A stretch of DNA of 64,000 bases from contig OU015568.1 of assembly GCA_907165135.1 (NCBI GenBank), positions 186,001 through 250,000 of the forward strand. Direction: 5' to 3'. Both the position numbers and the translations under genes were made by a program. The stretch's first letter is position 1, and each line of letters opens with the position of its first letter. The stretch is from Oikopleura dioica (lineage: Eukaryota > Animalia > Chordata). A model generated the notes under the pieces. The model was not told the origin of the DNA and did no database searches. It saw nothing but the letters and a program-made list of their open reading frames with translations. Positions 1 to 11,499 of the stretch are shown here, piece by piece.

Positions 1-188
1 CAGCGACGCCTTTGAAATCGAAATCTCTGGCGAAATAATACAACGAGCAAATCTTCAATTGATTGTACAAAAATTTCGCGACGACGAAACCGCCCAAAAT
101 CTAGGTCAAAAGCTCCATTGCCGGATTTTGTTTTCTTGCTTGTTCTTTCGCTACTTTTATGCAGAGAAGCAAACAGAAATTACATAAG
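1..188 (+). CDS. 3' end of an unidentified gene (partial, one GT-AG intron at about 105-162)
   Basis: Open frame SDAFEIEISGEIIQRANLQLIVQKFRDDETAQNL; after splicing it reads EKQTEIT*. No family recognised. Confidence 0.3.
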
Positions 189-440
189 TGGTCCATTTCA
201 AGGACGCGCTGTTTGGGTCATATTTGGAAAAAATCGCTGAATGATGGTGGTGCCACCATTTTTTGGCATGAAAAGTTCCGCTGGCGAAAAATGATTTGGC
301 AATTGCATGGAAAATAATTTATTTTAAATAAACAATCATGTTCACTTTGAATACAGAGACTCTGAACTTTGTACTGACTTTATGACTCAAATTAATGGTA
401 AAACCATCAAGAGTTTCTATAATAGATTTATAATAATTTA

Positions 441-623
441 TTATAAGAGCTTGTCAATGTTGACCTCTCATGAATGATGATTGAAATTTATTTTGGGACG
501 CGTTTCTGAACTTTTTTGAACTTTCATTAAAATCTGCACTTAGGGCTGACGAAGGCCCCTTGAGGCCGAAACGCGTCCCAAAATAAATTTCAATCATCAT
601 TATAAGAGCTTCTCAATGTTGAC
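441..623 (+). mobile_element. Small Penelope-like element remnant: 33-bp perfect inverted repeat flanked by 24-bp direct repeats
   Basis: Inverted repeat at 474-506 / 568-600. Direct repeats TTATAAGAGCTT(G/C)TCAATGTTGAC at 441-464 and 600-623. Contains a hammerhead core. Confidence 0.55.
544..579 (+). ncRNA. Minimal type I hammerhead ribozyme motif (Penelope-type, dimer-forming)
   Basis: CTGACGA(546-552), A, GGCC-CCTTGA-GGCC stem II, GAAAC, GC, GTC(575-577). Stem III is the palindrome ACGCGT. Stem I is only GG:CC. Confidence 0.6.
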
Positions 624-3479
624 GATAATTAGGCCATCACTTCTTCCCGTGTTTTTAAAAGACTCGAATGCCTGAAACAGTTAGAAAGGCTCACCGTCAA
701 TAAAAAAGAAAGACAAAACTCAGTTGTAGTAATTTGGCGCGAAAAACACGAAGGAATCGGTTTTGATTTTTTTGAGAAGAACAAAAAGAAGCAATAAGAG
801 ATGCACGGATGGTTGATTTATCAAATTTGTAATGATTATAAAAATGAGGGAAATGCTAAAAATAATTTCTTCTTTTTCTTTGTTTTTTTGATCGCTTTTT
901 TAGACGCAATAATTAGCGGGAACTTCAAGAAGAACAGGAAACCAATTTTCGTCAGTATTTCCAATGACTTGTTGACTAATCACTCGATCTCCTTTGAAAT
1001 CCAGTCGTTCAATTGAAGGACTTCCTTGGCCCGGGACGATGAAAATTGAATTTTTAATCATAATTGCAGATCCAGAAGAGCAGGTCTTAATTCAAATCAA
1101 AATCTTTGCCAGTTTTAGAAACTTACGTTTGTAAGATTGCCGATTCGTTCCCAAATGTCCTTTTCAAGAAGCCAAATCGCTTCTTGTCTTCTTGACTCAT
1201 CCCATCCCCCGGCGAGCAAAAGACTTCCACTTGGAAGGCCCATCAAAAAATGAGAAAATATTTTACTTTAGTAATAATAATAAATAAATGATTTTTTTTC
1301 AATACCTTTTCGGGAAATCAGGTAAAGTTGTCCATCCCGAAGAACCAAGAGTCTCCACTTTATTCTTTCGATTGCCGTATTCACCTCCAACAGTAGTTGG
1401 ATTTCCTTTATAGAAACCAAGTTTTCCATCCACATGAGCATAATTTGAAGAGAAAGTTTCGGTTCAATCTTCTTCCACGAAAACTTCACATCGGTTTTCA
1501 TGGACTAAATCAAAGCAAATTAATGCTTTTTGGCCGTCATCGACCGTAAGCGCCGCAGAGCCACCGTAAAATCTATTGATCAATCGAGTTGGCTGTTCTG
1601 TCCAAGTGCAGCCTTCCAGTTTCGCGATCTTGTTTCCATTATTCTCAAAATTCTAAATTTTCTTACTTTTTGTTTATCCCACCATCCTCCAAAAATGAAG
1701 AGCACATTTTTGACAAGAGCATGAGGAGCCCCTTCAATATAGTCATTGCACGGAGCCACAATTGCCGCGTTATTTCTTGTTTTTCCATCGAAAGACATCG
1801 AAACTGCTTTCAAGTTCTCGCCCATAACCAAAATTGCCGTTCCATCAAAAAAATAAAAATTCTTGATTTCCGCGCGATCATCAAGCTTGAAGATCCGCAT
1901 CTTTTTAGTCTTTAAATTCTGAAAACCGCTCATTTTCATTGTCGATAGGTCTCTCTTTTTGTTTTGATTCTTTTTCTAGTTAAATTTTTGTCAAAAAAGC
2001 AAAGCGTTTATTTTTAATTTAATCTCTCCTTGATAATTTGCAAAGAAGTTCCCGTTGAACTTGATGATTTGAAACGTAATTTTAATTTCGACAATTGAGT
2101 GATTTTCGTCGCCAAAAATGATCGAGCTTCAAAATAATCGGAATCAATCCAGAGAGAGTAATTTGAATAAGCTCCGAAACTGAGAAAAGTGGATCCATCA
2201 AAGAAACTCAATTCAAATATTTTCATTTCTTGGGAAATGCTTGATTTCTCTGAAAAATTCATTTCGAATCCAAATTTTTCTATTCCATTAAATTTCATCT
2301 CGAATGTTGAAATGTTATTCAATTCTGCGAGGGACAAAAAGAATTTATCCGGAATAATCGTTGACTGTCCGAAACTCCGCGGATATCGCGGCTGACCGAC
2401 AGCGTTCTTGGCAAAAGAAGGAAAAACATCGTCGTGAAACGCAAAAAATGGATTGCTCGTGACGAACATTTGTTCGTTTGCCGGTTGCTGGACGAACTCG
2501 AATTCGAGAAAGTCTTTCAATAGAATTTAATATTTTATTCAAAATTTAAAAATTTTTAATAAGAATAAATCTTTTCCTAAATAGAACTTCACTTCAAAAG
2601 AAAAATCGAAAACGTAATTTTGAATGAATATTTTCTCCTCGTAAATGATCCCGTTTCCGAAGTATTCGCACTCGTCGTTGTTATAGCCCGATTGACCCGT
2701 GTACCAGCCATCAAAAGCAAATAATTTCGAATAACAGAAAGATTTCTCTTTGTATTTATCAAGCGAACCGATCCACTCGCGACCGAGGGTCACGAATTTG
2801 CCTTCTGCCTCCAACAACACCGAGTAAAGTGTGTTTGAGAGATCGATACTTCTTGCCACCAGAATCAACAGCAGTCGACCTAAGTCAATCTTTTTTCGGT
2901 TAAATTAAATTTATCAAATTCAATTATCACGATCTGTGGGTTAAACTAATTTTTGGAACAGATTTTTATGAAGAGAGTTTTGATTGGCCGGTAGGCCAAA
3001 TACAGCAATCTTATTGGTAATCAAAAAATTCACTTCCGAAAATTGGTTTGGTCCCGATCTGTGATTAACAAAATTTAACTCGTTCCAAAGGGACCACGTG
3101 GACAAGATCAAGATCTCTCAGCTCTGCCGACACTCCGAATTCCCCTTTTTTCCAGCCTTTCTCCGACTCTTCGCGCTTTCTTATTCTGTTCAAAGAGACA
3201 GTTCTCGACAACCTGATGAAGTGATCACCAAGCTTAACGCTCATCAAGTAAAACACTCCTTTGAAGCTGATCGATAAAACTTTGCCGTTAATGTGATTGC
3301 TGGGAACATAACCTTGCGCTTCTTCGAATTTCCTCGCATTGAAATCGGGGGCGTAGTAGTAGCATTTGTCTTCTTTTCCAGTTGGTCGACTTTCAAGGGT
3401 CAAAAAGAGTGGTCTTCGGCGACTTGGGCAAACGGCGATGTGAATTAATTTAAATTCATTGATCATAAAACTTTATTTT

Positions 3480-3720
3480 AATGGCTTCCCCACAATCAAT
3501 CCTGACTTCACCATCTTCAATCCCGGCTTCAACAACTTCGATCCTTGCTTTTCAGACGTCAATTCTAATGGCTCAAACGTCAATCTTGGCATCTCCAACG
3601 TGAATCCCGGCTTCTTTAACGCCGATCCGGGCGTCACTTACTTCAATCCTAGCCTCACATACATCAGTTCCGGCTTCTCAGTTTTCAATCATGGCTTCTC
3701 CAAGATTGGATTGACGTTTG
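3480..3720 (-). repeat. Degenerate 21-nt minisatellite encoding heptads EARIEVx
   Basis: Minus-strand translation EAMIEN*EAGTDVCEARIEVSDARIGVKEAGIHVGDAKIDV*AIRIDV*KARIEVVEAGIEDGEVRIDCG. Confidence 0.6.
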
Positions 3721-3764
3721 AGAAGCCAAATAATTTTTTCGAAATAATGTTTAGTGATCAATCA

Positions 3765-3875
3765 AAATAAATTCGCATCGCCGTTTGCCCAAGATCTCCG
3801 TTTCCCCAAGTTGGGCAAACGGCCATTTGGGCAAACGGCGACTTGGGCAGACGGCGACTTGGGCAAACGGAGACC
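3765..3875. repeat. MITE-like repeat with 16-bp subunits TTGGGCAAACGGCGAC; inverted partner at 3423-3451
   Basis: About four tandem units at 3820-3870. A 29-bp inverted repeat (27/29) pairs 3423-3451 with 3765-3793. No TSD found. Confidence 0.55.
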
Positions 3876-5240
3876 ACTCGGTCAAAAATTATATTAAAAT
3901 TTTTAATCATAAAAATCATCCTTATGGACCCTTTTCAGATAACGACGACCGGAAAGACTTTAGTTTCTTTTTCTTTGTTCTCTATTTCAATTTGATGAGT
4001 CCCGATCGAAGAGCTGTAATGAAAGACGAAGAAGCCACTAACAGATAATTTAATGAAATTTACGAGTGTAAACTTACATTTTTTTGTGTTGATTTTCGAT
4101 TAAAACTGAAGAACCATCGATTTCTTTAACTTTGAGCAAGTTTCCTCCTGCATCGACCAAATAATGCTCGCCATTGAGAAAAGTCGCGCCGATTGACTTT
4201 TGCTGTTTTTTAATTTTATACAATAATTTTGCTTTTATCGAACAAAAACATTCATGGGAAAAGAAGTTTTCTGAAAAGGTTAAATTCTTCAAATTTTTAA
4301 CAGTTGTTTCGTTCGCCGCCGGGAAATTTGACAAAATAACCGGATATTCTTTGTAAAACGTTTCGCGATCGTAAAGTCTCTTTGTTATGAGTTCTCTTCC
4401 ATTTTGGACTTAAAAGGTTGGCATAAGGTGCGCACGGTTATTATTCCGCATTTCAAATATGTCAACTTTCCTTCAGTCCTTTTGCCATTCTTAAGATCCC
4501 AAACGGGAACAAGCGTTTGCTCATTCAAGACCTTCTGGCACTGATAAAAAGGACAAGGACATCCTCCTCGGCAATATTTCTCGAAAGGACAAACTTCTCC
4601 CGCAAAATCATGTGATCTTGACAATTGAACGCAGATTTGATCGCAGCGCGAAGCAGTTTTATTCCTTGTTGATTCCAAAACGAGAGTTTCCGAACAAAGA
4701 TGGCGGCAAACGAATCGGTCTTTTTTCATGTTTTAAAGGGGACAAGAAACTAAAAGAGCTATTTTGAAAAACATGGCATAGAACTTTTGTTTTTTGCATC
4801 GCACTTGATTGATTGCATTCTCTTTGTCCGTGAAGGTTAGAGGTGGCTCTACTGGTCTTTCCTGAATTTTGATTGCAGCTGGTTGAGTGAAATTGCCAGT
4901 TCCTATGCAATCATGAAGCAAGTGCGCGCAGTAGTCCATATCGTTTGTAACAGTGCAATTCTTGAAGCCTACTTGGCAAACACCCGTTAAATATGTTGGC
5001 TGGATTCGAGATGCCAGCATCGAATAGTAGTTAGCTTTAAATACTCTTTAACTGAGGTAAATCGGATCTGAATACTTATTCCGACGACGGTGCCCCAGAA
5101 AATGCAGCCGAACAACATGTAAACAGCGAATTGAGGCATCGTTGCGTTCCCGCTGAAAAATAGTAACGATAATCAACGATTAGGTTCTGTTCTACTTGAG
5201 AAAAAGAATTCAGGTAGTAGGGGGTTATCATTCGAGCTGC

Positions 5241-5355
5241 CCCTAAGTTAGGGACCCTAACCCTAAATCTAACCCATGGGTCTGCGCCCTCCCCCCTCCC
5301 CGGGACCTGAGCCAGGGTGCTTCGATAAGAGTTCCCAGTCCCTAACCCTAACCAA
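5241..5355. repeat. Short element with telomere-like CCCTAA units and G-tracts
   Basis: CCCTAACCCTAA at both ends; 9-bp inverted repeat GTTAGGGAC/GTCCCTAAC; minus-strand GGGGAGGGGGGAGGG. Confidence 0.45.
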
Positions 5356-6199
5356 TAGCCCATTCTAGATCGTCGAATACTACTGCCACCAAAATTTTCA
5401 TGTTAACCAGTACGTACTGAAGCGAGAAGCGTTTTTTCGATTTCCAGAAGTTGTCCTTCTCAAACTCGTCAGAGAAGAAGCCCGTGAATCGTTCAGGAAC
5501 GTCCTTTGCCGGCGTTTTCGTTTTTTCCTTTTCAAGTCGCTCTAACATTTTTACAAGCTCAGATTTCTTCTCGCCCTTCGCATTTTTGACCCCACTGGCG
5601 AATTTTTCTCTTAAGTTTCGGATGCTTTTAACCGATCTTTGAAAAACCCCGTCGTTTTCTCTGTCCTCTTCGTTGTCTTCAACTTGACTGAAACCTTCCA
5701 CGAATTTCTTCGCCCTCCTATTGGCTATCTTGACAGTGGGCTTAACCTTCTATATATTCGGCATCAAAATGCCTCCTCCAAGCTCTAGCAGCGTTTTCTT
5801 GACTTTATTCGGAAAAAGGACGATTCCGTCGATCGTTTTCATCACTGTTCCGACAGCGTGGCATTCGAGGCATCTAACATTTGCCAACTCATTCGATTTC
5901 GGGCCTTTTTGGGCGGTAGTCTTTTTCATCGGACTTTTTTGAATCCTTACAGGATTACGACTTTTGGACATTTTCGCCTCAGCTGGCAAAGGATCATTTT
6001 TGCTCTTCGTTTGGTTCTCTTTTTGCTGCTTTTGTTGCAAATCATTGCTCATCGGATGAATTTCCTCTTCAGCAGGTTTCGTTTTATACCGACCTTTCGG
6101 CTTTTTAATTTTTGGCGGGGGCGTCCCTTCCACTGATTCTTCCTCGATTCTCGATTTCATTTTGAAAATAAAATCAAAGTCGACTCTGAAAGTGAACAA
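5348..6199 (-). pseudogene. Lys/Glu-rich unknown protein with a CxxC, split by an in-frame TAG
   Basis: ORFs 5750-6199 and 5348-5701 are in the same frame, separated by TAG at 5750-5752 (PNI*KVKPTVK). The 3' end stops inside the telomere-like element. Confidence 0.4.
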
Positions 6200-6443
6200 A
6201 ATCAGCTCCTGCCGCTTGTTAAATAGGTATTTTAATCCTCGGAAGAGCTCCCCTAGTCGGTGTTATTGACCGAAAGAACTCTGGCTGGGATTATTTGACT
6301 CTGGCTTGGCATTCACGTCATTCTCGAAGCGAAGATCCAAATGTGACGGATAATTTCTGCTCTTTCGGCGATGAAGAAGCGCGATGAGAATTGAGAACTC
6401 AAGAGATGAAAATAATCACTGACTAAGGTTTTGATGACCCTTA

Positions 6444-6551
6444 ATGAAAAGCCGCTTTGCGGCTTCGCCAAATTGTAATTTCAATTTCGCGGCTTTTCAT
6501 TTATTGTCCCTAAAACCTGAGTCAGGTTTAAAACACAGGCTGCCGAGCCGA
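6444..6551. promoter_or_regulatory. Composite motif module, copy 1: GCGGCTTTTCAT hairpin + palindromic TGAGTCA + GCCGAGCC
   Basis: 12-bp inverted repeat 6444-6455 / 6489-6500; AAACC-TGAGTCA-GGTTT at 6513-6529; GCCGAGCC at 6542-6549. Related copies at 22211-22286 and 41627-41723. Confidence 0.45.
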
Positions 6552-6885
6552 AATCATCCATTTATCGCTCATTTTTCAATTTCTTATTCATGGGAGCTGG
6601 CAAAAATGCGGCAAAACGTACTGAAGCGTCAGGAAAATCTACAATCCTGCACTGACGAGACTGAAAAATAAAGGAAAGCGCAAGTCAATTTCAAACAAAT
6701 GCGAAGCAGCTCAAAGAAAAGGTGAAAAAAGGGAGTTTTTTGAAGACTTGCTTATGTTATATTTTTCAGTTCAAGACGAAGAAATGGTTTCAGCTTTGAA
6801 TTCCTGGAAAAAAAATTAGAAACTAATAATCTACTGTAAAGTTGGATAATTATTAAAAATCACGAAGAAATAAATTTTTATTTAA

Positions 6886-7566
6886 GGGATCCCCCCCCGA
6901 TCCGAAAAATTTTCCCAAAAAGTATCGAGCGGTGCATATTTAGATTCCTCGTGATCTGAGCGTCATTTTTTACCTTTATGTCAAGGCCCTCATATCACGT
7001 GATTTCTCGTGAAAGCGTGTTGAAGTTGCATTATAATCTATACTTAGCAAAAATTTTCGATTTTTTCAGAATTTGAAGGTCTTCATAACGGGGCAAATAG
7101 GGGCTTATTTGAAAGCATATAACGCCCTCATCAAGAAATAAACAGTTTTCGAGAAAGAAATTCATCACTTGGCGGCGATAGAGAGCAAAAAGACTCCAAA
7201 AGATCGCTAAAATGACGGCTGAAAGTTTTATAATAAGAAAATTTTTTTCTACTTTCCCAAACTTGATGATCATGCATGCAAATGTAGACAAGGGTTCAAT
7301 CTTCCTAAAAATGAAGAGATATTAGGAATCCATAAGCCCAATAAAAAGTAGATACAACTTGAAAATGACCGAAAATGGCCGTTTTTGCAACCTAACTCAC
7401 TTTGACGGCTTCTAATGCATAAGTGAATCTTATAACTAGGGGCTTATCATGCATGCATTTGCTCGTCAAGAAACGGGCTTCAATTTGAGCCCCTATACAG
7501 CCCCACACGGAAGACGAGTAAAAAGTAGATAGGGGTCAAAGTTGGGAAAATTGGGGGGGGGATCCC
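6886..7566. mobile_element. Kolobok-like non-autonomous DNA transposon (TTAA TSD, GG...CC termini)
   Basis: TTAA(6882-6885)-GGGATCCCCCCC ... GGGGGGGGATCCC-TTAA(7567-7570). Confidence 0.75.
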
Positions 7567-7570
7567 TTAA

Positions 7571-7945
7571 GGGGGTAGAAACAGCTTTCTCGATTTTGGA
7601 CTGTAGCTACATAAAAGAAAACATCAGATTTATGTATGTTAACAAATTTCCTCATAAATGTTCCTAAAAAGGGTGTTCAGCTTCACAAAAATTTGAATTG
7701 AATTTGTTCTCCTATCACGTGACTCGAGATATTCGAGGTTGAAAATACGCGAAAATCGAGAATTTCGGAGAGATGAGTTTCTTCTGAGCCCGATTACTCA
7801 AAAATTTGATGACTAAAACAAATTTCGAGGAAGATGTTCCTAGATCTAAGATGTTTCTATCTAGGATAATTGAAAATCTAAGATTTTCTTGGCTGTACCG
7901 CCAGTCAAAAATCGCCTTTTTTCGAAAAAAGCTGTTTCTACCCCC
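7571..7945. mobile_element. Second Kolobok-like MITE sharing a TTAA with the previous element
   Basis: 18-bp perfect TIR GGGGGTAGAAACAGCTTT; TTAA at 7567-7570 and 7946-7949. Confidence 0.8.
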
Positions 7946-8040
7946 TTAAAAAAAATATGAAATAAATAATGCACAGATAAATGATTTATTTAATTTTTAA
8001 TGATAAAAGAAATAAGAGAAAAGCTAAAAATAATTTCTTC

Positions 8041-8820
8041 TATTTTTTTGGAAAGGAATCGAATTTCCTTCTGTATTTCCAATGACTCTTCGACTGATCA
8101 ATCGATCTCCTTCGAAATCCAGTCGTTCGATTGCATATTGACCTCCGAAGCCAGGGACGATGAAAACTGAGTTTTTGATCATGATTGCAGATGCAGAAGT
8201 GCAGCCCTTAATTCAAATCAAAATCTTTGACAGCTTTAGAAACTCACGTGTTGTAGATTGCCGATTTCTTTCCAAATGCCGTTTTCAAGAAGCCAAATTG
8301 CTTTTTGTATTCCGACCTCATACCATCCCCCGGCGAGCAAAAGAGTTCCACTCGGAAGGCCCATCAAAACATCCCATTTTATTAAACTATAATAATTATA
8401 GTAAATGAATGAATTTCTCTCAATACCTTTCCGGGAAATCAGTTAAAGTCGTCCAGCCCGAAGAACCAAAAGTCTCCACTTTATTCTTTCCATCGCCGTA
8501 GGTACCGTCAACAGTAGTTGGATTCCCTTGATAGAAGCCGAGTTTTCCTCCCCAATGACCGTAATTTGAAGAGAAAGTTTCCGTTGAAAATTTTCCATCA
8601 AAATCTTCACATCTCTTGTAATCCTCCCAAGCAAAGCAAATTAATGCATTTTGTACATCATCGAGCGTAAGCGCCGCAGAGCCATACGAAAATCTATTGA
8701 TCAATCGAGATGGCTCTTCTGTCCAAGTGCAGCCGACCAGTTTTCCGATCTTGACTCAATTATTCTAAAAATTCTAAATTTTCTTACTTTTTGTCTATCC
8801 AAAAACAATCCTCCAAAAAT
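8041..8820 (-). pseudogene. 5'- and 3'-truncated paralog of the kelch-like C-terminal half at 900-1700
   Basis: Colinear with 930-1700 including intron positions. Begins abruptly at IFGGLFLDRQK and ends prematurely at IPFQKK*. Confidence 0.7.
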
Positions 8821-9038
8821 GTCATAGGTGATGACTCAGACCCTAAAAACTATACGGTATACGGTATATGATATATTATATCATATATATCAAAGCATCT
8901 TTTCAGAAAGAGAGGAGAAAACTCTTCCTTTGCTCTGCTTAGCTTGCTGGATTTTGGAAAATCTAGCGAAACTCGCACGTGTATTAATAATTTTATTATA
9001 ATAATTACTTCAAAATAATAGAAATTCACCACTTTTAG

Positions 9039-11222
9039 ATGTCCGAAGATGTCCTGTTATCCGACTCGGAGTCATTTCATTCGGGCTTGAGTGAAAAAGA
9101 CTTAAAGGAAAATGACTATGACGACGAAGCAAAATACATTCGAGGCTCTTCTTTCGACATGTTCGAATTCGAAAGAGTGGATCAGCGAGGCCGCACGCCG
9201 CTGCATATTGCTATCTCCCTAGGACATTTTGAAATTGTGAGATCATCGTGTGATTCTAGCTGACTCTATGGGAAATTAATAACTGATTTAGGTGTAAATC
9301 CGAGTTCGAAAAATGCAGGAGGCTGGTCCGCCCTGCACGAAGCAACGTCAATCGGCGTTCCTGAGTTTGTTATTGAAATTCTTGATGTGAGTGACATGAT
9401 GTCCTCAATCGGTCTCCCGTCGAGGTTAGATAGATAAGGCCGTTTCCGCCGAGAATCAACTGTTCTCACTTCCTATCAGCCGTTTTCCCTCGCCCTTTCT
9501 GTGCACGATCCGCAAGGATCACTCATTCATGCAATAGTTTCTTTACAAAACACACACTCAAGCAAAGCCCAGTGTTTTACCCACTGTGTAATAAATATGC
9601 TACAGTCACATAGAGTCCAGTACATTGAGCAAGGCAAAACTCATGTCATTCTCGTCAATCGCGCAAGTTTTCGAAAAATCAACGAGCTTCAGGGACGCAG
9701 CGCGTTTTTGAAGCGCTTCTTCAGCATACCCCGAGATGAAGTGGGAGATCACGAGCATGATCCCGCTCGTTGATCGTTTTTGTCCATCGGATACGATGAA
9801 AATTTGGAAAAAAAGGAGCAAACATTCGAGCCGACTTTCACCTTGTTGGAATGGAGAAAATGTCCTTCAAAAGAGGATTCAAGAGTATCCTTTTTAAACT
9901 GAACGAGAAGTCAAAAGTTCCAAGCGGAGACATTGTAGAAGTCGACCACGTTGAGAAAACAGCATCTTTCGAAAGCTGGTCCGCTGAGGAAGGATCAGTA
10001 AATACTGATAGGTTTCTAGATAAAATATTTCAAGGAAATACTCCTTTTTAGAGTTACTCCTATGAATCCACGATTCGTCAGTCTCACCACGGCCCAGCGA
10101 CTCCGCTTGGAATGAACAAGTCTCTGGATACGACTGCGATGTTTACAATATAAATGGAGTAGAACCTCTTCAGAGGACGAGGACAAAACACTGTGAAGTG
10201 AATCCAAAGACTGATGGAACAGCTTTAAAACGCTCCTCGAGTAGTAGCTCTGGGGTTGAAACCTTTGTACAAATCTTAGGCGTCGATAAGGGAACGAAAC
10301 TTACAGACACAACTACTAGTTCTTTCAAACAAGCGTACAATCCAGGAACAAATTGATAATTGAATACAAGACAGGCAAAACAGAATTCCAGACGCTTCAA
10401 CTCCAGAAAAATACTTTAACCCGGCTCCGGAAACTGAGAATAAAGATATCTGTCGTCCGAGAATTATGAAAGAAAAGCGTCAATCTTTCAAGGGCTCTGC
10501 CTGCATTACGGAAAATAGTCCGATCTCTCTGGTCGATGGGCTCATTCCAATATTAGGTAAGCGAGACTTTTTCTCCCACGGTCAAGTATAATTTTCCCTC
10601 GAGCACGTGTGATTCATCGTACAAGAAGCATTAAGATATTCTTTGATATTACAATGATATTCCTTGGTTTGAGTCGCTGCGAGAGATGCTCAAACTTATT
10701 CCGAAAGGCTTTCCCTGCAGGCTGGACGTTCCACTATTTGATGTTTTTACAGCGAGAGTGTCTTTCCAGAACACTCACGGAGAACAGGAATTTTGGCAAA
10801 AGGTAAAATGGCTCATCCTGTATCTGAGGAATAGAATATCCACATTAAAACTTCCCTGGACACCGATGGCAAGCTAAAAATCGATGACAAAGTGTTCCGC
10901 AATCCCGGCGAATACCAACAAGAGTATCGAAGTCTTCACAAAAGCTGAGCACAGGCGCAAGCGCCGACAAACTTACTTTGAGGATCCCGAGCTGAATGCT
11001 GCCAGCAAAGAAAGTCTCAAAGAGCTGGGCGTGGCGAATGATCCTGCGACGAGAAGACAGATTATGGAAAGTCAGCGGCAAGGTAAAAAATCGAAACAAG
11101 AAAGTTGAACATGATCGTGTCTTAATCTCATACTTTCTGATTCAGCTCAACATGATCTTAACATGCGAATGAACAAGGACGAGGCACTGCAAGAAGCGAT
11201 CAAGCGGTCGCTAAATTGCTGA
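9039..11222 (+). pseudogene. ANKRD13: Ankyrin repeat domain-containing protein 13 (ANK + GPCR-chaperone + UIM), decayed
   Basis: Motifs GRTPLHIA, GWSALHEA, EMKWEITSMIPLVDRFCPSDTMKIWKKGANIRAD, GYDCDVYNINGVEPLQRTRTKH, PKGFPCRLDVPLFDVFTARVSF, and UIM-like EALQEAIKRSL*. Several frameshifts and stops (about 9730, 10050, 10360). Confidence 0.8.
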
Positions 11223-11499
11223 CGAATCAACTGTGTCATACGTTCCAAATTCCTTCTTCTTTTTCTTTCTCCTTTTATTCACGATTCAGTATACTGCGTT
11301 TTCTATGCTTTTATTTAAAATGTCGGGTTACTTCAAAACAAGCACATTCTTTCTGAAGAAAAAGTTTACTCTTTCGAGGCGCAATTCTATTCCCATTAAT
11401 CAAGTTGGAGCCGTTTAGCCGTGTTCTTTCTATCGTAATCGAGGCATCTTATCTGTGCAAACAAAATAATTTAAAGCCTTTCAATAAAACTGATTATTA

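Larger units (their letters stand above)
900..5020 (-). pseudogene. Multi-exon Cys-rich + kelch-like beta-propeller gene (larvacean-type expanded family) with an in-frame TGA
   Basis: N-terminal CP..YCRGGCPCPFYQC motif (4385-4729). C-terminal kelch-like blades LFIFGG, GNPTTVGG, GWTTLPDFP, LLLAGG, ending PVLLEVPANYCV* at 900-902. GT-AG introns of about 40-50 nt. A predicted GA-AG intron (2028-1976) joins ORF 2014-2520 in frame. TGA at 1464-1466 where the paralog has Ser. Linkage of all upstream exons into one gene is inferred. Confidence 0.6.

Noticed and set aside
1195-1205. ACTCATCCCAT matches the start of the O. dioica spliced-leader RNA as I remember it
   Set aside because: Only 11 nt match, it diverges immediately, and it lies antisense within a kelch exon.
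3480-3720. In-frame TGAs as selenocysteine codons
   Set aside because: No SECIS-like element or selenoprotein context; these are repeat-unit variants.
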